Positions 37,331 through 44,830 of a stretch of DNA of 44,830 nt are shown in pieces. Numbering within the stretch: position 1 is the stretch's first letter; the number at the start of each line of letters is the position of its first letter. The DNA comes from an uncultured bacterium (lineage in GTDB: Bacteria; Patescibacteriota; Minisyncoccia; Phycocordibacterales; UBA6065). Under the pieces are notes generated by a model. It had not been told where the DNA came from and searched no databases. It worked only from the letters and a program-made list of their open reading frames with translations. The position numbers and the translations under genes were made by a program. The stretch is taken from NCBI GenBank assembly GCA_903842365.1, contig CAIMLU010000004.1:1-44830 (forward strand). Reading direction: 5' to 3'.

Positions 37331-39013
37331 CTATTCAGTTTCAAGGTCGACAACTCGACCAAGTTCATCAAGCGATGTTAAACCCTTTAAAACTTTAAGA
37401 ATTCCATCTTCACGAAGAGTTGGAATACCTTGGTGTTTTGTTGCCGCCCGTACTTCTCGTTCCGATGGATTTTTAATAAGGACATCTTCAAGTGTTTGGT
37501 CTGCAAGTATCGCCTCATAAATACCAATACGGCCCTTGTATCCAAGACCGTTACATATAAGGCAGCCTTTTGCACGGAATATTTTTTTTGAGTTTACACC
37601 TTCAATAAGTGTTTTATCAAAAATGGTATTAAGTGAGTCTTCAATAATTTTTCTCTCCTCATCAGTTGGAGTGTCTTCTGTTTTACAGCTTGAACAAAGT
37701 GTTCGAACAAGACGTTGTGCGAGTGCGATGTTTAATGCTGAGATGAGTGTTTTAGGACTGATACCAAGGTCGATTAATCGTGGAAATGTACCTGCGGCTG
37801 AATTTGTGTGGAGTGTTGAAAACACAAGGTGACCCGTGAGAGCTGCGTTCACTGCCGTTTCTGCTGTCTCGGAATCGCGGATTTCACCAACCATAATAAC
37901 ATCAGGGTCTTGACGGAGTGCTGCGCGGAGCCCAAGTGCGAACGTGTATCCTTTGTCTGCATTTGTTTGGGTTTGAGTAATTCCTTTTAAGTGATACTCA
38001 ATTGGGTCTTCGATAGTGAGAACTTTTACACCTGGATCATACACTTTACTCAAGAAAGCATAGAGTGTTGTTGTTTTTCCAGATCCAGTTGGCCCAGTGG
38101 TGAGGAGTAATCCTTTTGGTCGCCCTATTTCATGGGTAAGTATTCCTAGGAGTTTTTCGGGAATACCCATCGCTTCTAAAGGAACCTGGATAGACTTTGG
38201 ATTGAGGATTCGCATAACAATTGATTCGTTGTATGCACCAGGGAGGAGGGAGGTTCGGATCTCGATTTCTTCACTATCTAATTTAATACTAAAACGGCCG
38301 TCTTGAGCCTCGGATTTAACATTTAACTTTAGACCAGAAAGGAGTTTTATGCGCGAGAGCACGAGTGGATATGTTTCTACATCAAGACCTATAATATCTG
38401 TTAAAACACCATCAAGACGATATCGTAATCGTGTTGATGTTTCTTCAGGTTCGATGTGTATGTCTGATGCCTTGGTTGCAAGTGCTCCACCAAGAATGAT
38501 CTCGAGTATTTTTGAAATACGAAGACCTTTCTTCATTTTTAAAATATCACTCACGATTCGCTTAACATCTTCGGTCGAGTGAATTTCACTTAAGAATGTC
38601 TTGATTTCCTCACTTGATATTTCAAGGGCCCCAGCCTTACTTTGTTCTGAATGAGAAAGGTCTGCATAGCGGACCCATGCTTTCTCAAGGCTATTCTGAG
38701 AGACAACAACCTGGGTTACTTCGTAATTTTGGTTTTCAAGTGATGTAAGAATCTCACCCAGTTTTGGGTGGTTAGGGGAGAGTACTCCTACTTTAATTTT
38801 TTTTCCAATAAGTGAAAAACCAACGACTCTTGTTTCGCGGGCAATGTGTTCAGGAATAACACGCAAAGCATCCATGTTTATAGGAATGGGGCCAAGGTCT
38901 GCGTATTCAAGACCATTTCTTCCTGCAACAATTTGGGCAAGATCCTCCTCCTCTTTTTTCTTGAATTCCTCAAGTTGTTTTATCTGCTTTTCCTCATCAA
39001 ATATAACTGTCAT
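37331..39013 (-). CDS. GspE/PilB type IV pilus assembly ATPase
   Basis: ASDIHIEP, RYRLDG, QDGRF, GPTGSGKTTTLY, TIEDPIEY, LRQDPDVIMVGEIRD, TGHLVFSTLHTN, CxxC...CxxC; start ATG 39013 with TACAAT 7 nt upstream. Confidence 0.95.
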   Translation of the reverse strand: MTVIFDEEKQIKQLEEFKKKEEEDLAQIVAGRNGLEYADLGPIPINMDALRVIPEHIARETRVVGFSLIGKKIKVGVLSPNHPKLGEILTSLENQNYEVTQVVVSQNSLEKAWVRYADLSHSEQSKAGALEISSEEIKTFLSEIHSTEDVKRIVSDILKMKKGLRISKILEIILGGALATKASDIHIEPEETSTRLRYRLDGVLTDIIGLDVETYPLVLSRIKLLSGLKLNVKSEAQDGRFSIKLDSEEIEIRTSLLPGAYNESIVMRILNPKSIQVPLEAMGIPEKLLGILTHEIGRPKGLLLTTGPTGSGKTTTLYAFLSKVYDPGVKVLTIEDPIEYHLKGITQTQTNADKGYTFALGLRAALRQDPDVIMVGEIRDSETAETAVNAALTGHLVFSTLHTNSAAGTFPRLIDLGISPKTLISALNIALAQRLVRTLCSSCKTEDTPTDEERKIIEDSLNTIFDKTLIEGVNSKKIFRAKGCLICNGLGYKGRIGIYEAILADQTLEDVLIKNPSEREVRAATKHQGIPTLREDGILKVLKGLTSLDELGRVVDLETE

Positions 39014-39094
39014 GGCGTCTATTGTATCGTGTTTGGGTTGGTAAACGATGCTTGACAAATTCTATTTTTGTAGTACTATTAAATACAGAAATTT

Positions 39095-39619
39095 ATGAAA
39101 AACATAATAGATAGGGTGTTCTTTATCATCAGCATCGGAACGGTTTTTTTGCTGTTCCTGGGTGGGTGCGCAGTTGGAGTGCGTCCTGTAGGACCCCTCG
39201 TTCTTGAGGGTGGTTCACCTATGGCGCAGCTGAATAGCCCTTCAAGAAACTTCAGGGACACGATGCGTCGTCCCTCCTATGATTGGAGGTACACCACCTT
39301 CTGTTACAGGGCCATACGGGGGAGTATTGGTGGCGATTCGCTCGCTATCACCTACACCAATCCAAATTATGTTGCTGTACTTAATCAAGGCAATATAGTT
39401 TTGTCCGACAAGGAGACCTTTATAGGTGACTTGTCAAAAATTCCAAGCGCTTTTCGTGGTGACAATATTATTATCGTCATCGACTTCTATGAAAAGGGTA
39501 CGGGAAATTGGGTGGGTGATGCGCATATCTCCGTGCACATTAATGGTGCTGATAATTTTCAGCGCTACAACGTGCACATTCAAGGTCCGTGTGATCGGAC
39601 AATATACGCATCTTATTGA
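39095..39619 (+). CDS. hypothetical lipoprotein
   Basis: lipobox-like FLLFLGG-C; TTGACA-16-TACTAT promoter at 39052-39079. Confidence 0.65.
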   Translation: MKNIIDRVFFIISIGTVFLLFLGGCAVGVRPVGPLVLEGGSPMAQLNSPSRNFRDTMRRPSYDWRYTTFCYRAIRGSIGGDSLAITYTNPNYVAVLNQGNIVLSDKETFIGDLSKIPSAFRGDNIIIVIDFYEKGTGNWVGDAHISVHINGADNFQRYNVHIQGPCDRTIYASY

Positions 39620-39635
39620 TTAGGGTTAGTTTTGC

Positions 39636-39668
39636 GAGGAGGCTATTTTAACGAGTAGCCTCTTTTTT
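39636..39668 (+). terminator. intrinsic terminator
   Basis: GAGGCTATT...AGTAGCCTC followed by TTTTTT. Confidence 0.7.
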
Positions 39669-39718
39669 ATTCTGACCAGCGAGGAGTGTGGGCGAGCATC
39701 CTCGCACACAACGTCAGA

Positions 39719-39772
39719 GCGACCAAAATCTCTTGAGCAAAGCGATTAGAGATTGGAAGTACTCTTGTGGTG
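39719..39772 (+). repeat. structured repeat module A, copy 1
   Basis: near-identical to 43946-44000, with a compensatory base-pair change. Confidence 0.85.
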
Positions 39773-39861
39773 CGACGTCAGAACAAATTGGTTTGTTCTT
39801 CGAATTCCACAAGCGTCAGCCCAAGGTGGTTTATTGCCTATATTTATGGATAATGGGGGAT

Positions 39862-40293
39862 ATGTTTATACGCTCAATTGGAGAGTTAAAAGATTTTGCC
39901 AAAGAGATAGTTGATTCACTTAAGGCAAATGAGAGGGCAACTATTATTGCCCTTGATGGAGATTTAGGTTCTGGAAAGACGACTTTTTCAAAGTGTATTG
40001 CAGCCCTTTTGGGGGTTAAGAATCAAGTACAAAGCCCCACTTTTGTTATTATGAAATCCTATAACATAGAAGACGATAAGCGTTTTAATAACCTTATCCA
40101 TATTGATGCGTATCGTTTTGATGATCCTAAAGAGGCAGACCAAATACGATGGAATGAACTTGTTTTGGAACCAAGAAACCTTGTGTTGGTGGAGTGGCCC
40201 GAGAAATTAGGTGACAGACTTCCAATTGGAACTATGCGTATTTGTTTCTCCTTTGTCGATGAGACAACCCGTGAGATTTCCGTAGTAGAATAG
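39862..40293 (+). CDS. tsaE: tRNA threonylcarbamoyladenosine biosynthesis ATPase TsaE
   Basis: LDGDLGSGKTTF, VQSPTFVI, HIDAYR, LVEWPE. Confidence 0.95.
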   Translation: MFIRSIGELKDFAKEIVDSLKANERATIIALDGDLGSGKTTFSKCIAALLGVKNQVQSPTFVIMKSYNIEDDKRFNNLIHIDAYRFDDPKEADQIRWNELVLEPRNLVLVEWPEKLGDRLPIGTMRICFSFVDETTREISVVE

Positions 40294-40297
40294 GGTT

Positions 40298-42682
40298 ATG
40301 AAAAAAAAGAGCAGGGAACGACTTGTCATTCTTGATACACACGCAATTCTTCATCGTGCGTACCACGCTGTGCCTGACTTTGTCACGTCGACAGGGGTTC
40401 CCACAGGCGCTTTGTTTGGACTTGTGTCGATGGTGCTTTCTATAGTTGAAACACTTAAACCTGATTACGTTGTTGCTGCTTTTGATTTACCAAAACCAAC
40501 ACATAGACATGAGGCATATAAAGAATACAAAGCAGGACGTTTGAAGACTGACGGTGCTCTTGTTGAACAGATAAAACGAGCGCGAGATGTGCTGGGAGCC
40601 CTATCGATCCCAACATATGACCGTGAAGGATTTGAGGCTGATGATATTTTGGGGACTATTGTTGAAAATGAAAAAAATAACAGTGATTTAGAAATTATTA
40701 TTGCAACAGGTGACGCGGATGCATTTCAACTTGTCTCAGGTAATAAGGTGCAAGTCTTTACCATGAGAAAAGGTGTAAAGGATGTTGTTTTATATGATGA
40801 AGCGGCCGTTGTTGAGCGTTATGGTTTTATTCCAACCCTCCTTCCTGATTACAAAGGCCTCCGTGGTGACCCTTCTGATAACATTATTGGTATTAAAGGC
40901 ATTGGTGAAAAAACAGCAACAATCCTCATAAAAGAGTTTGGAACTATTGAATCAATGTATGAAGCGCTTAAAAAAAGTGAGGAGCGTTTCAAGACGGCTG
41001 GTATTACGCCCCGTGTTATAGGTTTGTTACGTGACGGTGAAGAAGAGGCTCTCTTTTCAAAAACACTGGCAACAATTCGTCGTGATGCACCTATTGAATG
41101 GTCTCTTCCTGAAAAGAGGTGGGTTGAAACAATTTCGGTTGATGAGGCTGGTGCACTTTTTATGCAACTTGAATTTCGTGCAATGAAGTCACGGCTTGAA
41201 AGTGCTTTAAAAAAGGTGTCAGGGGGTAGTGTGATTACCGCTTTTGCGGTTGAGCCCGCAAAAACAGTGAATGAAATTTCCGAGCAGGAACTTAAAGAAC
41301 TTTGTGTTGCTTTATGGGTATTTGATTCAAATATTACAAACCCCAACACCGAAGATATTCTTTCGTTTGCAAACACAAAAACACTTAGAGAAGCACAGCC
41401 ACTTGTACTGGAAGCTCTCACGAGGAGAAATGCCGTACGTATATTTGAGGATATTGAAAAACCTCTTATCCCTGTTGTTTCTGCAATGGAAAAACACGGT
41501 GTACTGATCGATAAAACATTTTTACAAGAGCTTGGTGTTACATATCGTGCTGAACTTGAAAAACTAGAAAAATCTATTTATATCCATGCTGGGTGTGAAT
41601 TCAATGTTGCGTCGCCAAAACAGCTCGGTGAAGTTTTGTTTTCCAAAATGGGTCTCAAGGTTGCTCGGCAGAAAAAAACCGCAGGAGGAGCCCTTTCAAC
41701 AAAAGAGTCAGAGCTTGAAAAAATGCGCGACCTCCATCCAATTATTGGAGAAATTTTACAGTTTCGTGAGTTGGCAAAATTATTGGGTACGTACATCGAG
41801 GCAATACCACCGCTTCTTGATGGGGGAGACCGACTCCATGCTCGATTTATTCAAACGGGTACGGTCACGGGTCGAATGGCGTCAGAAAATCCAAACCTTC
41901 AAAATATTCCAAATAAAACAAACCTTGGTCGTGCAATACGAAAAGCTTTTATTGCACCTAAAGGACGAGTGCTCCTTTCTCTCGATTATTCACAGATTGA
42001 ATTACGAATTGCCGCCTTCTTGTCCAAGGATCCATCGTTTATAGAAATTTTTACAAGTGGGCAAGATGTTCACACTGCTGTTGCGGCAAAAGTGTTTAAT
42101 GTCTCCATTGATGATGTTACAAAAGAAATGCGTTCAAGGGCGAAGGTTATAAATTTTGGCATCTTGTATGGTATGGGGACCCTTGCACTCAAACAGAATT
42201 TAAATTCCTCTCGCGAAGAAGCGCAAACATTCATGGACGAGTATTTTGCACGCTTTCCTGAGCTTGCAGGGTATCTCAATAGAACAAAAGAAGAGGCGGG
42301 GAGGCTTGGTTACACTGAAACGTATTTTGGACGCCGTCGTTATTTTGAGGGACTCAAATCACACCTTTCGTTTGTAAAAGCAACTGCGGAACGTATGGCC
42401 ATAAACGCACCAATACAAGGGACGTGTGCTGATATGGTTAAAATAGCCATGCGTCGTATTAATGAGTGTATCCAGGAACGTTTTACACACAAAGCTGACC
42501 TAGTGCTCCAGGTGCATGATGAATTGGTGTATGAAGTTGATAAAGATATATCAGTTGAGTGTTCATGTGCCTTTAAATCAATTATGGAATCAGTTATACC
42601 TGCAAAAGACATTTCGGGTATTGTTTGTGTCGCAGAAGCGCGAGTTGGTACGAGTTGGGAGGATATGGAAAAGGTGAAATAA
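40298..42682 (+). CDS. polA: DNA polymerase I (5'-3' exonuclease + polymerase; 3'-5' exonuclease region shortened)
   Basis: RAYHA, EADDILGT, GDPSDNI.GIKGIGEKTA, TGRMAS..PNLQNIP, DYSQIELR, AKVINFGILYG, LQVHDEL. Confidence 0.97.
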   Translation: MKKKSRERLVILDTHAILHRAYHAVPDFVTSTGVPTGALFGLVSMVLSIVETLKPDYVVAAFDLPKPTHRHEAYKEYKAGRLKTDGALVEQIKRARDVLGALSIPTYDREGFEADDILGTIVENEKNNSDLEIIIATGDADAFQLVSGNKVQVFTMRKGVKDVVLYDEAAVVERYGFIPTLLPDYKGLRGDPSDNIIGIKGIGEKTATILIKEFGTIESMYEALKKSEERFKTAGITPRVIGLLRDGEEEALFSKTLATIRRDAPIEWSLPEKRWVETISVDEAGALFMQLEFRAMKSRLESALKKVSGGSVITAFAVEPAKTVNEISEQELKELCVALWVFDSNITNPNTEDILSFANTKTLREAQPLVLEALTRRNAVRIFEDIEKPLIPVVSAMEKHGVLIDKTFLQELGVTYRAELEKLEKSIYIHAGCEFNVASPKQLGEVLFSKMGLKVARQKKTAGGALSTKESELEKMRDLHPIIGEILQFRELAKLLGTYIEAIPPLLDGGDRLHARFIQTGTVTGRMASENPNLQNIPNKTNLGRAIRKAFIAPKGRVLLSLDYSQIELRIAAFLSKDPSFIEIFTSGQDVHTAVAAKVFNVSIDDVTKEMRSRAKVINFGILYGMGTLALKQNLNSSREEAQTFMDEYFARFPELAGYLNRTKEEAGRLGYTETYFGRRRYFEGLKSHLSFVKATAERMAINAPIQGTCADMVKIAMRRINECIQERFTHKADLVLQVHDELVYEVDKDISVECSCAFKSIMESVIPAKDISGIVCVAEARVGTSWEDMEKVK

Positions 42683-42689
42683 TACACAT

Positions 42690-43421
42690 ATGTTTTTTCT
42701 TGTTACTGGAACAGATACAGATAAGGCCCGTGCAAAAGCGCGTGAACTCATTTCGCTCATGGAAAAAAAGCGCCCTGACGCAACGTCAATCCGTGTTCTT
42801 GCTGACACAGCAACAATGAGTATGGTGGATGAATTGGTATTATCTCAAGGCTTATTTGAAGCCAAGACGATCACTTTTTTTGATGAGGTGTTTGAAAATG
42901 AAGACGTTGGAGCACGGGTGATTGCTGTTGTTGATGCGCTTAAATTGTCACAAAACGGTTTTGTTCTTTTCGAAGAAAAACTTTCAAAGAAAAATCTCGA
43001 GATATTGTCGGGTTCTGCAGAGAAAGTGTTTCATTTTGATTCAACAGAACCATCAAGTGATTATTCAATGTTTCCAATCGCTGACGCTTTTGGTTCGTGT
43101 GACAAACGTTCCTTATGGCTCCTTATTCGTGAGGCACTCGATCACGGTTCACCAGCAGAAGAAATTCACGGGATCATGTGGTGGCAGGTGAAGGCAATTG
43201 CAATAGTTCGTATTGCAAAAGATGCTAAATCAGCGGGGCTTGCACCTTTTGTTTTTACAAAAGCAAAACGCTTTAGCATGGCTTTTTCATCAGAACAAAT
43301 TGAAAAAATCATGTGTGATTTGGTCGCCATATACCACAAGGCTCATAGGGGAGAGATTGATTTCAATGTTGCGCTTGAACGCTTTGCTCTCGATTTTCCA
43401 GTGTCACATGTTGAAAAGTAA
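42690..43421 (+). CDS. holA: DNA polymerase III delta subunit-like
   Basis: FLVTGTD, SQGLF..K, FPIADA, helical C-terminal collar (LERF). Confidence 0.7.
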   Translation: MFFLVTGTDTDKARAKARELISLMEKKRPDATSIRVLADTATMSMVDELVLSQGLFEAKTITFFDEVFENEDVGARVIAVVDALKLSQNGFVLFEEKLSKKNLEILSGSAEKVFHFDSTEPSSDYSMFPIADAFGSCDKRSLWLLIREALDHGSPAEEIHGIMWWQVKAIAIVRIAKDAKSAGLAPFVFTKAKRFSMAFSSEQIEKIMCDLVAIYHKAHRGEIDFNVALERFALDFPVSHVEK

Positions 43422-43466
43422 TTAAAACGCTGATAGTATGCCACATACGCACTCAAAACCTCTTTG

Positions 43467-43497
43467 GGTAGAGCGTCTCCCTTTTAAAGGGTGGGTC
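43467..43497 (+). repeat. degenerate internal fragment of tRNA-Lys
   Basis: 28/31 identity to 43539-43569 (3' D-arm, anticodon arm, variable loop). Confidence 0.85.
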
Positions 43498-43521
43498 TGG
43501 AATAGTTACATATAAACACAT

Positions 43522-43594
43522 GCGCCCTTAGCTCAGTTGGTAGAGCATCTCCCTTTTAAGGAGTGGGTCGTTGGTTCGATTCCAACAGGGCGCA
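43522..43594 (+). tRNA. tRNA-Lys(UUU), CCA not encoded
   Basis: GCGCCCT/AGGGCGC acceptor stem, GCTC/GAGC D-stem, CT-TTT-AA anticodon loop, GTTGG-TTCGATT-CCAAC T-arm. Confidence 0.97.
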
Positions 43595-44050
43595 CAAACG
43601 CGATCCAAGAAAACCTGCACTGCTGCAGGTTTTTGCGTTTGTGCGAACCGGAGCGATGTTTGTTCAGTAGAACAAACCGCGAGGTAGGGCCGAGGAAATT
43701 CTGGTTCGACAGAACCAGAATTATCCGTGGCCACAAATCATATGGTGGTTTTCGGTTGTGCTGTGCGAGCCGGAGGCCGACGGGCCGAGGCGGGTGAGTT
43801 CGGGATAAGGGACCCGAACGTAAAACCTTCTTGAGACGGTACTCCGTCCAAAAGGTGTACTGACCATGTAATGGTCGCGAGATTTTTCAGCAGAAAAATA
43901 CTTGTGACCACATCCATGCGAGCCAGGGCCGAGGAATTTTCGAGCGCGACCAAAATTTCTTGAGCGATAGCGATTAGAAATTGGAAGTACTCCTGTGGTG
44001 GCGGCGAGAAAATATCCGTGGCCACAAACTGCCAGTGGCAGTCTTTTTTC
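43591..44050 (+). other. tRNA-trailing nested structured repeat region (candidate ncRNA or non-autonomous element)
   Basis: three GGYCGMGRR-stem-A-YYYGTGRCCACA modules, one copy of module A, many hairpins, ending in ACTGCC-AGT-GGCAGT-CTTTTTT terminator. Confidence 0.6.
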
Positions 44051-44060
44051 CCCCAAACCC

Positions 44061-44088
44061 TTGACACCCCCCTATTTTCCATTACCAT
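44061..44088 (+). promoter_or_regulatory. sigma70 promoter
   Basis: TTGACA-16-TACCAT upstream of the last ORF. Confidence 0.6.
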
Positions 44089-44171
44089 CCCTCCCCGGAT
44101 GAACCTTGTTGTGCATTTTTGCACGACATTGTCTCTGTTCTTCCACAACACAATCAGACTGCCTTAGTTAA

Positions 44172-44830
44172 ATGAAAACCAAATTATTTGGTTCAGTATT
44201 TGTATTAACGAGCGCTCTTCTTCTGAAGAGCGCTTTTGCTGGGACTGTTATATATCAACCGAGTCCATTCAATGGACGAGACATCTGGATTACGAGCCAC
44301 TACCCATACAGCTCAAACGGTGGAGACTACGGACTTGATAATGGTGACATCACTGTCGGTGGTTGGGGCGACTGGTATAACGGCGCGATCAAGTTCGATC
44401 TCGAAGGATTACCAAACACACCAACCAACGTCGAAATGTGGCTTTTGCCCCATACATATCCGAACAGTACCTCTCAACGCGTTGGTATGAAATTCTACGT
44501 TCTCACCAATACTTGGAATACTAGTTCGGGTTGGTATAACACATCGTGGACAGGCATGCTGCTCGGTACTGCACCTGCTCCGGTAGTTGATAGGTGGAAC
44601 CCGTACGGGATTACCGTCACGTACAACCAGTGGAAAAGTGGAAGCAGGGTAAACCAGGGATTCATGCTTGCTCCAACAGGCAATAATAACCAGTTTAACT
44701 ACTTCTACGCTTCCAATCACACGGTTCCGTCTCAGCGGCCCAAGCTTGTGATTACGTACAATGATGCCTCGTATCCTACGCCTCCCGCCTTCAAGTTACC
44801 GCTTCCAAGTGGTTACAAGTGGTGTGTGAC
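44172..44830 (+). CDS. secreted DNRLRE/CBM96-like domain protein, probably followed by an M23 peptidase domain; truncated by the window end
   Basis: manual translation MKTKLFGSVFVLTSALLLKSAFA|GTVIYQP...DIWI...IKFDLEGLP...W...NQGFML...FYASNH....RPKLVITY...FKLPLPSGYKWCV; absent from the ORF track because there is no stop. Confidence 0.75.
   Translation, partial: MKTKLFGSVFVLTSALLLKSAFAGTVIYQPSPFNGRDIWITSHYPYSSNGGDYGLDNGDITVGGWGDWYNGAIKFDLEGLPNTPTNVEMWLLPHTYPNSTSQRVGMKFYVLTNTWNTSSGWYNTSWTGMLLGTAPAPVVDRWNPYGITVTYNQWKSGSRVNQGFMLAPTGNNNQFNYFYASNHTVPSQRPKLVITYNDASYPTPPAFKLPLPSGYKWCV

Noticed and set aside
39688-39861. N-terminal extension of TsaE in the ORF track
   Set aside because: It translates the structured repeat; TsaE similarity begins near ATG 39862.
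493-42808. Numerous antisense or alternate-frame ORFs in the track (e.g. 493-1161, 11828-12448, 23376-23993, 40849-41421)
   Set aside because: They are fully nested in well-supported genes and have no recognisable motifs.
43522-44050. Group I/II intron in tRNA-Lys
   Set aside because: The tRNA is intact and contiguous, and I recognised no group I core or group II domain V in the trailer.
43528-44151. Several 67-137 aa ORFs over the tRNA and its trailer
   Set aside because: They overlap the tRNA and palindromic modules; these are shadow ORFs.
1-44830. Alternative genetic code 25 (UGA=Gly)
   Set aside because: Conserved genes are full length under code 11, and TGA ends the PBP gene at a terminator.

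Overview
Chromosomal replication-origin region of a small-genome, AT-rich bacterium that looks like Patescibacteria/CPR, most likely Parcubacteria. This is inferred from gene content, a short PolA, widespread leaderless starts, and TGA used as stop (standard code 11). Left to right: pnp, a membrane protein, DksA/TraR, ComM/YifB, a LysM-M23 peptidase, pcrA/uvrD, rsmA, three secreted Cys-containing proteins, and a ~13.5 kb monoderm-type T4SS-like locus (lectin-domain protein, VirB6-like, PrgI, two VirB4/TraC-related genes, Ig-like protein, pilin-coiled-coil fusion, propeller-like protein) with no relaxase or VirD4 in the window. Then yidC-rnpA-rpmH-dnaA-oriC-dnaN-dciA-like, a class A PBP, tyrS, ruvC-yebC-ruvB, PilB/GspE, a lipoprotein, tsaE-polA-holA, tRNA-Lys(UUU) and a truncated DNRLRE-domain gene missing from the ORF track. 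The most unusual signals are non-coding: (1) a nested, modular, covarying structured repeat downstream of tRNA-Lys, with one module repeated upstream of tsaE; (2) a promoter-driven rod-shaped ncRNA (6S-like) beside ruvB; (3) a structured leader that hides a probable ATT start of the M23 gene; (4) an RNase III-type hairpin before pnp; (5) a degenerate internal tRNA fragment upstream of tRNA-Lys; (6) very long perfect inverted repeats at gene junctions. All calls are from manual reading; no searches were run.
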